This document shows positions 52,284 to 64,000 of a stretch of DNA of 64,000 bases, piece after piece. Both the position numbers and the translations under genes were made by a program. Below the pieces are notes generated by a model that did not search any database, was not told where the DNA came from, and saw only the letters and a program-made list of their open reading frames with translations. Position 1 is the stretch's first letter. The number at the start of each line of letters is the position of its first letter. The DNA is taken from assembly GCF_018350175.1 (NCBI RefSeq), contig NC_058368.1:39806001-39870000 (forward strand), given 5' to 3'. This DNA comes from Felis catus. Its lineage: Eukaryota.

Positions 52284-53919
52284 AGGGAAATCATCAGTGT
52301 TTTATTTCTATTTCATACTTTCAGAGTCTTGGACTTCATTTGTTGATTAACATTTCCAGAAAGGCCACAGCATGATTTTCTTTTACAGTGTTTGATTTCA
52401 TAGCTTTGGGAAATATCCCTGGGGAATCAGGAAGGTTTCTTTGTTTCTGGATTTATTTTGAGTTATGTTTCTTAGGTTGTTCTTATCACGTGATAGTTTT
52501 CTTTCTCGTAACACAATTAGCACCTAAACAACATTTCTGCTTTACCATTTAATGTGCATTCTGCTTTTCAAACTGGCTAAGGGAATCTCAACTGTGGTCA
52601 GTCATCCTTTGTGCCTACACAGTATTCAGAAGCAAAGTGAATTATTCCATTGTCACATCAGGGGTATTTCCTGATTCATCTAAGTCAGTATGTCATCGAA
52701 TTCTTGTGACTGATGATTGGTTCAATGACTGGTTTGGGTCAAGTACATGTGAAGTCAGCTGTAGTGGTCCAGACCTAGGAAACATTTCCTTGGTCACAAG
52801 GTGATGGAGGTGATGCTATTGGAAGATATGATTTGAAACAAAGTGAGTGCACTAAGGTGGCCAAAAGAAAGCATGAAAAGACTTTGTGCCCTTGAGGGAA
52901 TCAGTGTACTACACTCATCCTTACCTGCAACTTCTTGTAATATAAGCTATGTATTTGCTATCTAAGAAAATATGGGTCCCATAATTAATATGGGTCTACG
53001 ACCTTCTAAATGTTACAAATATTAATAAAATAATACACTCCAATGGTAACCGCCATCTATGAGAAACTAGATAGCTATCTAATATTTTTGAATTATACCA
53101 TTGACAAAAAATATCACTTCTTAAAGGAAACGATGACATTTTATTTTAGGTATGTGACATTCTTTTGCTTTCTAGTAGCTAGAACTATACAAAATTGGTT
53201 ATTTTTAAACTATTTTACAAGATATTAATTCTCTTATAGTTTATTATTGCCTTTAATCACTGTACGACTTGCTATTTTACCTTACCAAATACATTTGCAA
53301 GGGCAAAGACTGTCAAATGAGCTCCACCCCTGTGCTCACCATTATGGATAATTGTTGGAGAATGACAGTTATTCCTCATGAAATAATTAATCCAGGTGGC
53401 AATTTTTTAAATGATCATTTAAGAAATAGACCTATAAATCTCTGAAGATGTATCTGGATAAGAGGAAGCATAGAAAATGGAAATTTAATATGCTTTATTT
53501 GAAAAGAACTAAAATAAATGTAACTTCATTTATAAAGATATATACAAGTGCTTTATTTGAATTTCTAATTATATGAGTCTTTTTCCAGTTGTCACCCTAA
53601 GAAATGATTATCATTAATCTAAGCCTACAAGTAAAGTGCTTAAAGAAGGTGCCATTCAATTCCTTTTCACTCAATCTACAGAATTAATTTTAACAGCAAT
53701 AGTTTTAAATAGACATATAAGCAATTAACTTTTGAAGCTAAGATTTGGCCCCCAAATGTGAAAGGTCACTTTGAAGAGAATACTTATATGCTGTACTTCA
53801 GTCCTGGATTGTGTAAGATTGATAATAAATTTACAGTAATTTCCTTAGGAGTCATCCAGTGGGGGAGGCTGGAATCTCTTTCTAGTCTTGCTTCCCTTTA
53901 CCTTTGTTACTAGCATACT

Positions 53920-54145
53920 GATTGCAAGCACTTATTGAATGTCAATCATGTGTCAGACACTAGTTTAAAAACAAATGCCAAAAATGAAAAGACCCAGATT
54001 TTGCCTCTTCTGGTGGACACATTATCATTCTGTGTGACATTAAAATATTAAAACATGGGCCCAAAACAAAGGCAAGAAGTAGCTTTAAGGAGGAGAGACC
54101 AGGAAAGGTTTCATAGAGGAGGTAATTATCAAGCTAGATGAGCTA
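53920..54145 (-). mobile_element. L2 3' fragment
   Basis: caagcacttattgaatgtc..tcatgtgtcagacac; caggaaaggtttcatagaggaggtaa. Confidence 0.55.
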
Positions 54146-54171
54146 ATGATAATGATTAAAAAAGAGGTGCT

Positions 54172-54420
54172 GGGGCACCTGGATGGCTGAGTTGGTAGAG
54201 CATCTGACTCTTGATTTTGGCTTAGGTCATGATCCCAGGGTCGTGGGACCAAGCCCCAAGGTGGGCTCTGTGCTGTGCTTGGGGCCTGCTTGAAATTATC
54301 TCTCTCTCTCTCTCTCTCCCTCCCTCCCTCCCTCCCTGTCTCTCTCTCTCTCAAAAAGAAAAGAAAAGAAAAGAAAAGAAAAGAAAAGAAAAGAAAAGAA
54401 AAGAAAAGAAAAGAAAAAAG
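54172..54420 (+). mobile_element. Can-SINE with tail expanded into (AAAAG)~13
   Basis: Body visible; TSD aaaaaaga(g/a)gtgctg. Confidence 0.95.
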
Positions 54421-54504
54421 AAGTGCTGAAGTGAAGCTAGATAAGAACCAATCCAAAATCCAAGTATAGAAAGTAAAATGGTCATACTTCGGAAGAATAT
54501 TTCA

Positions 54505-54649
54505 AGGGTGCCTGGCTAGCTCAGTTGGAAAAGCAGGCAACTCTTAATGTTGGGGCTGTGAGTTTGAGCCCCAAATTGGGTGTAGAGATTACTAAACAAG
54601 TAAGCAAACTTTTAAAAATACACCTATTACATTAACATCTTTTCAAAAA
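54505..54649 (+). mobile_element. Short-type old Can-SINE with extra 3' sequence
   Basis: gggtgcctggctagctcag...tttgagcccc...gggtgtagagattact; TSD aaga(a/g)tatttca. Confidence 0.85.
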
Positions 54650-54971
54650 AAGAGTATTTCATAAACCTTTGGAAGAACTGTAAGCATAAAGCAAAATAAA
54701 GCCTTTAACAATGGATTGATTCTTGTCATATTACTATTTAAAAACATTTTAAAGGAAGTAGGTGAGTAGATTTAAAGCGATACTTTTGATATCTTCTAAC
54801 ATACCAATAAACAAGGTCAATTTTTACCATTTTGAAATGAACACATGGCTTAGTGGATCACAAATATTTTCTTTGAATGTCAACCAATACACTATTTGAG
54901 GAAAAAACATATCAGACTAGGGAACAGAGTCAGGACTCCCGCAAACAAGGAACTCATACATATTTATACTT

Positions 54972-55183
54972 TTTTGTATTTTTTTGACGTTTATTCATTT
55001 TTTAGAGACAGAGAGAGTGCAAGCGGGGGAGTAGCAGAGATAGAGAGAGACACAGAATCCGAAACAGGCTCCAGGCTCCAAGCTGTCAGCACAGAGCCCG
55101 ACACGGGGCTCAAACCCACAGACCGTGAGATCATGACCTGAGCTGAAGTTGGACACTTAACCGACTGAACCACCCAGGCGCTC
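54972..55183 (-). mobile_element. Can-SINE
   Basis: TSD tatttatactt. Confidence 0.96.
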
Positions 55184-56529
55184 TTATTTATACTTCCTAA
55201 GCTTAGCTTAGTGAACACAAAGGAATATAAGACTATATGAGAAATATTTTAAGCTTCTTTCCTCATATTAATAGTTTCTTTTTGCTTTGTTTCAGCCCTC
55301 TATCCATTTTGCAGTTTGGGATAAATACTCTTAAGCTGCATGATCATATCTAGTAAATTGCGAGCTTCTTGCACAGAAGGATCACTCGTGTTTATGTCTT
55401 CTGCAAGAAGTTGTCACACTGCTTCATATATAACTGGTATACAACAAACGTTTATTCAATTGAGTTTTTTGCTTTTCTAATATAATAGTCTGCTCTTTTG
55501 TCTATGCAGAAAACTGTTAAATCAATGTATATAGCTATTTTATTATAACGTAAAGCTCTAAAATAAAATATAACAGCACTTTCATAAAAGATGGATTTAA
55601 TAGCTTTATATTGGCTCTTGAGTGAATTAGAACATGGTGTGTGTGTGTATGCATGTGTGTCCACACATGGTACTTCTTTAAATTCAGAAAAGAGAACCTA
55701 TTTCACAGAGGTTAAAAGGGAAACAGAAGATCAACAGCATTTATATCTTTATCAGTTAAACCCTACTATAATAATTAAAAAGTAGATTTTCACTTTTTAA
55801 TATGTGATATGTAATCCTAATTGTTTTGTATTGTAATTTTGTATTTCATGCTTGTATGCACTAATATTATTTACCTAATTGTGTTTGCACTTGGTTTATA
55901 TTTCCACTTATATAGTCCTCTTTTCTGCCATTAAGATCAACATCAAAAGGGTCATTATTTTAAATCTTACCCTACATTTACCCTACATAATAGGATAAAA
56001 GCCATTCATATCAGCTAACACCAGCTTCAAGGGATCTCATATCCTAAGCGAGAGGGATTTCACGCATGTCAAGGAATCTAGAGTACACAACAGTGAACAT
56101 TTTCACCTGCAGCCATGATGCCACAGTCCTCCTCTGAACCTCTTCTGATACAGTAAAGAAGATAAGGTAGAAAATCTTCAATGTGACTGATACTAAATAT
56201 GAAGAGAGTTATAATTATACTATAATGAGGAGACTAACTTGGAAACAAAACAATAGATCTTATGTCATAGAATGGAAGAACAAAGTACAAAAAAGTTCGC
56301 GGATAATTGTTTCTCAAAGTTAGATCTTTGTTTACCTGAATTTGTGAGAAATTCATATCCCACATGTAAATGGCTAATTTATTTTTCCTTGTATTTTTAT
56401 TGTCTTTCTCTCACATCCATACTGGAAGGGATCATGCAGGATATTAGTAAGTATTTGCTGAAGGAAGGAATCCAGGAAGTTAGAAATAAAGAAAAGATGG
56501 AAGGAAGGGCAAAAGGGAGGGACAAAGGT

Positions 56530-56653
56530 AGGAAGGAAGGAAGGAAGGAAGGAAGGAAGGAAGGAGGAAGGAAGGAAGGAAGGAAGGAAGGAAGGAAGGA
56601 AGGAAGGAAGGAAGGAAGGACAGGAGGGAAGAAAGAAAGAAGGAAGGAAGGAA
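56530..56653. repeat. (GGAA)n tetranucleotide microsatellite
   Basis: Directly visible. Confidence 0.97.
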
Positions 56654-59600
56654 ACAATATATCCTGATTAAACTTACAGAAAAAGTGAATATTTCTGAGG
56701 AAGAAAGGCAAATATTTTAGTCACTAAAAAAAGTCACTCAGTACTTTGATATCACATATTATCTAAACATGTAGTGAGAGTAGTTTGGATCTATGATTAG
56801 TAATAGCTAATGTGCTCCTGCTCATATAAAAAACCACATGGAGGAAGAAAAAACTAGCATTTCATGGGCAGAAATTTTAATGTAAAAATAATGCTCTAGT
56901 GAAACAAAAATATTTACTTACATTCAAGAAACAAACAAAACTTCAGTTCTTCCTAACTGCAATTCTGCCTATGTATTTTCATTCCAAATCCACCACTGGA
57001 GTTCAGGGTATGGATGACACAAATACCCGAACAAAAACTACAAACACACACCCCCTCCTTATATAGATATGAAATCAATTCAGAACACATTTCTGAATGC
57101 GACTGAATGTGTGGTTTGATCTATCTCTTGTATGTATTGTCTTTTATTTTCTTATTTTATTAAGATGCCCCATGATACCTATGTTTATGTTTCTTGCGCA
57201 AAGTGAACACCATATGCCATTGTCTTTGCTGTCTTTATCATGCCTTTACTTTGTCTTATTTGTTTCTTTATTTATATCCGCATTTATTCTTTTTCTTCAG
57301 AGATTATCTTACTAATTTACCTGCTCTACCATATATAAGTACCTATATTGGTTTGCATTTCAGCTGCCCTTTCCTTTTATTCTTTTATTCTCATTATGAA
57401 ACTTCTTAATTTGGAAGAAACAGATTAAATCTATCATTGCCACAAGGCAAACTTTGGTTTGTGGGTCCTAAGTGGGAAGTATTTCTCTTTGCATTAAAGA
57501 AGCCTTAGCTACTGCGTGAAGTAAAGATAAAGCAGACACATCAGAAAGACACCTCTACTGATTCAAAATTTCTGAGATTTTAAAAATGGTAAAATGGATT
57601 CATTCTCTTTGAATTTTCCTGGGCTACAAGTATGTGGGAAGGGTTGCATTCGCGTAGGTACAAGATGAATGCTTATTACTTGTTAGTTAAGAAATCTGGA
57701 ACGAAATTTTAGCCCTAAGTACACAATGAAAAACAATTCTAAAAAGTGTGTTTTAATAAGCATGAAAAATCTTTCTGCTTTTGTATTTCATGAAAAGGAT
57801 AATTTTAAAATACAACCACTTCCACCAACCAATCATACATACAAATAGGGGGCACTACTGCCTGAAACTTGAGGACTGTAACATAAATTTGAGTAAGCTT
57901 TGTATTATTTTCTCCTTTACAATTGAAGCATTGCCTTTCTAGGTTCATAATAACATTCATCAGAGGCCTTTAAAAATGTATTTATTCATTTTAAATTATC
58001 TCTCCAAAGTTATTGAACACTGCTTATAAGTCAGACCCTCCATTATAATTTGAAAATAACAGCCCCTGTTATCAAAAAGTTCCCATGGTCAGAAATAACA
58101 GAAAAATGCTATCTCAAAACACAAACTGCCAAGTATATTTGAATATTATGTATTTAGCATACTGATTATTAGATTGCTTAATAAGTTAGTAGTGGGAATG
58201 GAGGCTGGTCAGAATGGGTTTTGATAAAATAGACTAAATGTGTAAGATTTAGAACCAGAAAGCAAGAATCATATTAACGCCTTATGCCTTGGTTTTAGAT
58301 TCCAAGAAAGTATAAAGTGAGAGAAACAATTACTGGAAAATGTACCCTTTATTTTCCAACTACCGTTTATCTTCACATTATGTCAAGACTACCATCATGT
58401 AAACTTTATGCAAAGCTAGACAGAAAATGCAATGGGATTTAGCGTATGTGATAATTTCCAATGTAAGAAAATATTATGCAAGACAGAAACAAGAATGAAC
58501 AGAAATGTAAAAAATGAAATAGTGACTCAAGAGTAGCGTATATATATAATAACTTTGAAATATTTATTGAAATGAGATGGTACAGTTTTAATTTTTATTG
58601 ATCCCCAAATCAATCATTCTATAAATAATTCAAGTTAGCAATATTCTGTCTTAATAGTGTTTGTGCAAATTTACCTCTTCCTAACTGCATGTTCAGGTTT
58701 AACACGACAAGATTTAAACCCGGCGTAAGTAGCATTTTTCTCAAGTTTTGTATATGAATATGTGGTAAACCCAGGAAGCCAGGCTAATTCAACATGAACA
58801 AGGTTAATTAGAGAAAAAGATAAGAGAAAAAAATATGCTAAAATTGAGCGTCCTATGCCACTTTGCACAGTGCCCTATCCATTACAGAAAAGATAAAATA
58901 CATAAGAACGATCATTTTCTTAGTGTTCCAAGAGGTAAAAACTTGGCTCATTCATAGCAAGAGCTTTCAGCTGCTTGCATCCACAAGCTTTGATAACGGG
59001 AGACATACCACAATTCAGAACAAAATGTTAATGACTGTCGCATACTACCTCAGCCTGTCAGTGCAACAGCTACTTGAAGATTAAACAGCTTTTGTAACTA
59101 TAAAGAAATACTTCAGACACTGTGAACACTACTCCTCTGCAGAAAACCCACCCACGTCTTAAGAAACAGAAAGGTTTAACAATTTCCTGTTTACAAATTA
59201 AATCGATACATGCCATGATTTCTGGAACCCAGCCACAGGTACTCTTGCTGTGAGATGGATACCAAAGAACAAAAACAAAATGTAAAGCCAAACAACAACA
59301 AAAGACCACTAAGAAGTCCTGTATTGAAATTCCTTATCTAGATAATGTTGTTTGGCATGCTCTGCCAGCACGACCATGTGCAGATGAGACGCAGAGCAAA
59401 TTACTCCCAAAATGGTATTATGATCTGAAAATACAGTCTGATTTCAAAAGGACCGGACAATTTCATGGATGGTTGATTCATAACTGACCACCCAAAGAAA
59501 CTAGAAAAGTCTTACGTGCGTAGTCAGCCTCTTGACGCTAATGTCATAGAAAATATTAGTTCCCAAGATACAATTGGAGATTACAGAATCAGAGATTTAC

Positions 59601-59859
59601 TGGCTGTAAACCAGTGTTCTGAGAATGATATTTGATATTAAATAAGCTCCAAATTGTAAAGTCTTTGAATGTGTGACTCCTGTCTGCATGGCACTCTGGA
59701 TGCTGCTTTATAGTGTAGGAACGTTACAAACACATAAGGAAACAAATCTGCCGTGATCACAGCAATCCCATCTTCAGGTATACATAGTTTTGTTGATGAA
59801 CATTTGCACAGTGTAAAACAGCAATGTATTAAACAGAAATACACAGTTCCAAATGACTG

Positions 59860-59945
59860 TTTCTTCTTTATTTTGTTGCCTCTTTCCTTTTCTCCCCTCC
59901 CCTCTCCTCTTTTCTCCTTCTCTCTCCTCTCCTCTTTCTTTCTCT
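59860..59945. repeat. Polypyrimidine low-complexity tract
   Basis: Directly visible. Confidence 0.85.
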
Positions 59946-59984
59946 GTGTTACTAGCTGGCAAAATAAAAGTTAGTGTGGCAAGG

Positions 59985-60535
59985 TCCAACATAACACCTT
60001 GCCTCCCTATCTGTTCTCTTTTTCAGAATAAGTTTCTGACATCTTATCAATAGATTGAGTTTATTTTTGCATCCTCTTGAATTGAAGTTGGCTATGTGTC
60101 TACTTTGACAAATAGCATCCGGTGAAAGTGGTACTATGCCAGACCTGGATGTCTTTTTGTGGGCTGGTAGCTTCAGCCTTCTGCCTCTCAGAACATTCAC
60201 TTTTAGTATCCTCCCCTTTAGAAGCCAGTAGCTGTACGTTAGAAGCACAAGTCACAGATAGCAGCCAAATGCAGGTGCTCCAGTCAACAACCTGGATGAG
60301 TCCCATCCAGCAGCTGGCATCAACTGTCCACCTTGTGAATCAGCTATCTTGGCCATCCAGCATTGCTGTGCTTTCCGATCACTGGAGCCTCAGCATACAT
60401 CTGCTTGCAGCTACACAAGAGACTCGAGGAAGAATGGCTCTGCTGAATCCAGTCAACTCCATTATGAGAGATAATAGTAGTTATTTTAATCCCTTAAATT
60501 TTGGCCTTAATGTGCAGCGATAGATATTGGAATAG
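59985..60535 (+). mobile_element. MLT1F/G/H-like MaLR LTR
   Basis: cctcttgaat...tggctatgtgtctactttgacaaatag; gctgaatccagtcaac...atgagagataata; end gcagcgatagata. Confidence 0.7.
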
Positions 60536-61084
60536 TAAGAAAACAGTCACACTGCAGATAGCTGGAGAAAATCTAGAGATTAGAAAAGGTAAAAAAAAAA
60601 AATAGGTGTTTTGATGATGTCAGCAATTAAAAGTGAAAATGATGGTTTTATCTGCAAGTCAAGAGAGGGTTGTGAAAGAAAAACAAAGTACACTGAAGGT
60701 GGGGCTTGGGGCAGGGTCACACAATTTACTTGTCAAGAGAGAGAACACAAACCAATACAATGACAACAAAAATCAGTACACTGCATCATGAAAGGAGAAA
60801 ATGCAGGGCAGAGGGTGAGTATGTCCTAGAAAGGCAGGAGAGTTTGTACTACTTACGTTACTTGGGACTAGAAAAAGCTTCCATGCAGGATAAGAGAGAT
60901 GTAACTTATGACTATATTTGGTTTGTTAAAACAGGTATCATTATTCACTGGCCAGGAAAGTGCTTCCTGTGTTGGTCCATTACAAGTCTGACATTCCACA
61001 AATGCTCCAAGTTCTTAGTTCTCTTTCAGCTTTCACTGATGGACCGCTCAAATTCCATGGTATTTTTGTTATTGTTATTGTTGT

Positions 61085-61545
61085 TTTTAATAGCTTGAGA
61101 TGATGAATACCAGTTGTGGAGAAACACTATTCAGTTGTCATATCTCCAAGCAAGTGTTTGCGTGGACAGGTATTTTCATCACTCCTATGTAAATACCTCA
61201 GAAGTGAATTGCTGGATTATATGGTAAATGTATATATACTATACATACAGGATTGTGAAACTGTCTTGCAAAGTGGTTCCACCACATGCTCTGAATACTT
61301 ACCAATATTTAAAGCTTCAACATTTTCAATTTTAGAATTTCTAGGGTGTTTGTGTAGTGAGAACTCATTGTAGTTCAAACTGCATGTCTACAATGATTAA
61401 TTTGTTGAGTACTTTTCCACGCACTTAACAGCCATTTCTATACCTTCCTTCATGATGTATCTGACTTTTCCCCATACTTTATTGTGTTATTTGCAATTTC
61501 ATTGTTTAGTTTAGGAATTCTTTATACGCTGTGTATGTACATGTG
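61085..61545 (-). mobile_element. Old L1ME fragment
   Basis: taaatacctcagaagtgaattgctggattatatggta, ctcattgtagtt...tgcat, gagtacttttcc. Confidence 0.7.
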
Positions 61546-61636
61546 TGGCAGAACTTAAAGTTTTACTATAAATTTAGAGGTCAAGTTACAAATTAGTAAT
61601 TATAATACAAGTGTGATAGTCAAAATGTTTGCCAAC

Positions 61637-61770
61637 TGATAAAGGAGACCCTTATAAATCTGACGTGATGTCAGCCATAACACTTAAATGGTGTCTTTGG
61701 AGGCTCTTGCTGAGTCACATATTACTCTTAAATCCAGGATCCCAGGTCCTAGGAAACCAGTCACGTGACA
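61637..61770. promoter_or_regulatory. Candidate enhancer: GATA, TATA-like, CRE-like, ARE/MARE and CLEAR motifs
   Basis: tgataa 61637, tataaa 61653, tgacgtga 61661, TGCTGAGTCAC 61708-61718, GTCACGTGAC 61760-61769; motif evidence only. Confidence 0.3.
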
Positions 61771-62896
61771 GTATGGCAGGCTCACATAAGAAACTTAGAA
61801 GAACAGACTAAATGGCTGTGGAGCGGGATTATTTGAATGCTTTAACAACCAGTATTATTGTTCTAGCATATACTTACAAAAATGTCTACAAGCATCCCAT
61901 CACATTTTATCAATTCTATGACACGTATTGTTACATTTAACATTTTAATAAGGATATTACAGTAGTATGTGTCTGACACCAATGTTTCTTAAAATTGTAG
62001 TCATGCAACAGTCCTCATGATTTAGTTATCACTGTGCACGTGCAAGGTGGGCCATGTGCAAGGTAGTCACATATTCATCACTACGAGTGAGTTATATTTA
62101 CTTCTATTTGGGTTAAATTACTAAGTACAATGTCTTAAGAAAACATTACAAGGCTATTCAGCAATAAAACTACATATGGAGTTGTAGAAAATCAGGAATG
62201 AGAGCAAAAATTAAATTTTCATCGTTAGAAGAATGACTACAATTTCATATTTTCTTGTAAAGCAATAACCAAGTACTTCATGGAACCTACAAAGGAAAAT
62301 TGCATCATAGATAAAGGTGACAATATTTTATTTTAAAATGGTTACAAAAAAGAGGCCTATCACCTACTAAACAATACAACTAAAGGCATGAGAAATGCCA
62401 CATACCTCAGAATAGAAGAAAGAAATTTCAAAGCAACCAAAAAGTGATGTTTCCACTTTGCGGATTGTGCATTCAGATTGGGGCACTGTGTCCTAATTTA
62501 AATTGAGAGCATTTTTTCTTATGTATTAATTTTTGCTTAACAGTGCATCCTACAATCAATGAAGTCTAAGAGTCAATAAAATATGGAATGTACATTAAAT
62601 AACCAAACACAATAAAAGACTGATTAGTAGAATGATTTCAACTACTAATTCTAGAGGTATCACAGTATGTATCATATTCTATATTAACAGGTGTCAGCAA
62701 GACTTTTGTCCTAGTGTTCAAATGAACAAATCATGAAACATTATTTGCTGTGACTCAGCCTCCTGGACATAATGAGGAAAAGGAAAAGTGTAGCTGTAAG
62801 CTTGTTGTGGCAAAAACAAATAAACAAAAACAAACAAACAAACAAAAAAGATGAGAAATAATACCGAATCACAGCTTCAAGAAATTTTACATGACT

Positions 62897-63113
62897 GGGG
62901 CATGTGGGTGGTTCAGTCAGTTAAGCGTCCAACTTCAGCTCAGGTCATGATCTCATGGTATGTGGGTTCAAGCCCCGCATCGGGCTTTGTGCTGACAGCT
63001 CTGAGCCTGGAGCCTGCTTTAGAGTATGTGTCTCCCTCTCTCTCTGCCCCTCCCCTGCTCATGCTCTCGCTCTTTCTCTCTCTCTCAAAAATAAGCATTA
63101 AAATATTTTTAAA
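62897..63113 (+). mobile_element. Can-SINE
   Basis: Full body; degenerate TSD aaattttacatgac / aaatttttgcatgac. Confidence 0.95.
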
Positions 63114-64000
63114 AAATTTTTGCATGACAATTGGTAAAGAACTTTAAAATGCCAAAACAGAGAAATAGACACGACTTAAATAAGAGATTGAACAAGGTTA
63201 GAGTTTTCTTATATTTATTTGCTATAGGCCTTTTTTTCTTACTAAAAGGTACACTCGAGGAAAGCAGGGACTTTACTCTTTTCCCTCTATGGGTGACTAG
63301 AAAAGTACACAGCATAAAATAGACATTGAGTGTAAAGAATAAACAAAGACAAACCCTTATTTTTGTTTCTTTGGCAATTACACTTAAAAAGAAACATTAC
63401 ACACACCCAAACACACACACTACGTGGGTTTTACAATGCATTACAATGCAACATTACAAACTTTTCATGAATATCATCTGCGAAATGTCAAAAAAGAAAA
63501 CTTATTTTAAACAACTTCCTATAAATAATTATTGCATTTTTAGGAATAAACTAATAACAGCAACAATAATAGCAGCAGCAACTTTCATTTATAGGCTTTA
63601 ATCCTGCTGAATTTCTTCACGTGCCCCACATAACCCAGTTGGCTCCTGAACATGGTAGCATTGAGGAACCAAGTTACTCTCAAGATCTCATTCATGAATT
63701 TGAAAAGATGTTTTTGAATGTTTGCTATCAGCCAGTACCAGTGATGGTAAACCCTTGAAGCTGTAAGGTGCTGAATAAAGCAGAGAGGGTAATGATTCAG
63801 ATCATATTTGAATGGATATCACTTTTAGGAAACAAATGCAGAAAAAAAAAGAGAGGCAGTGAAATCCACACCTGTGCAGTTCTACAGCATTAGAAAAATA
63901 AACATTAGTATATTTAAAATTAATAGATCCAAAATCAGATGAATTGTTTAAACACATAGCTTTTAAAAAAAGCTTATGAGGAGTATGACATTAAATAACC

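Noticed and set aside
56272..56711. 131 aa and 104 aa ORFs
   Set aside because: Open only because they cross the GGAA repeat
59000..59060. let-7 miRNA gene on the minus strand
   Set aside because: Mature sequence diverges after nt 10 and no complementary hairpin arm is visible
58863..59084. Parvovirus NS1, cathepsin (LSLSVQQLL) or bornavirus L identity for the unexplained segment
   Set aside because: Only isolated short word matches (TEKIK, AYY, LEKSY, CxxC) with wrong spacing; no Walker A, CGSCW or HR/GDN motifs
60122..60523. 133 aa ORF
   Set aside because: Lies wholly in an MLT1 LTR, non-ATG start, no recognisable domain

Overview
AT-rich, gene-poor mammalian DNA, almost certainly felid, judged from about 26 tRNA-derived Can-SINEs (several of SINEC_Fc type) and carnivore LINE-1 copies. 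I cannot support any intact host gene: the ORF track is explained by decayed L1 frames, SINE read-through, microsatellites or chance. The window holds three large dead L1s (17.9-20.1 kb +, 36.9-39.2 kb +, 42.0-46.7 kb -). It also holds older eutherian repeats (L2, MIR, HAL1, L1M, MLT1 and other ERVL LTRs, MER47/Tigger5) and many simple repeats. Repeat family names come from remembered consensus motifs, not a database search. The best-supported observations are mechanistic scars. These are an L1 and a SINE inserted on opposite strands at one TT|AA site, an L1 deletion with templated filler, a minisatellite born inside an L2, a tail-only insertion with TSDs, and possible short 3' transductions. 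The one stretch I cannot explain is a CpG-enriched ~1.2 kb segment (58.6-59.85 kb) that may be decayed coding sequence. A compact ARE/CLEAR/CRE motif cluster lies at ~61.7 kb. No novel biological system can be firmly claimed from sequence alone.
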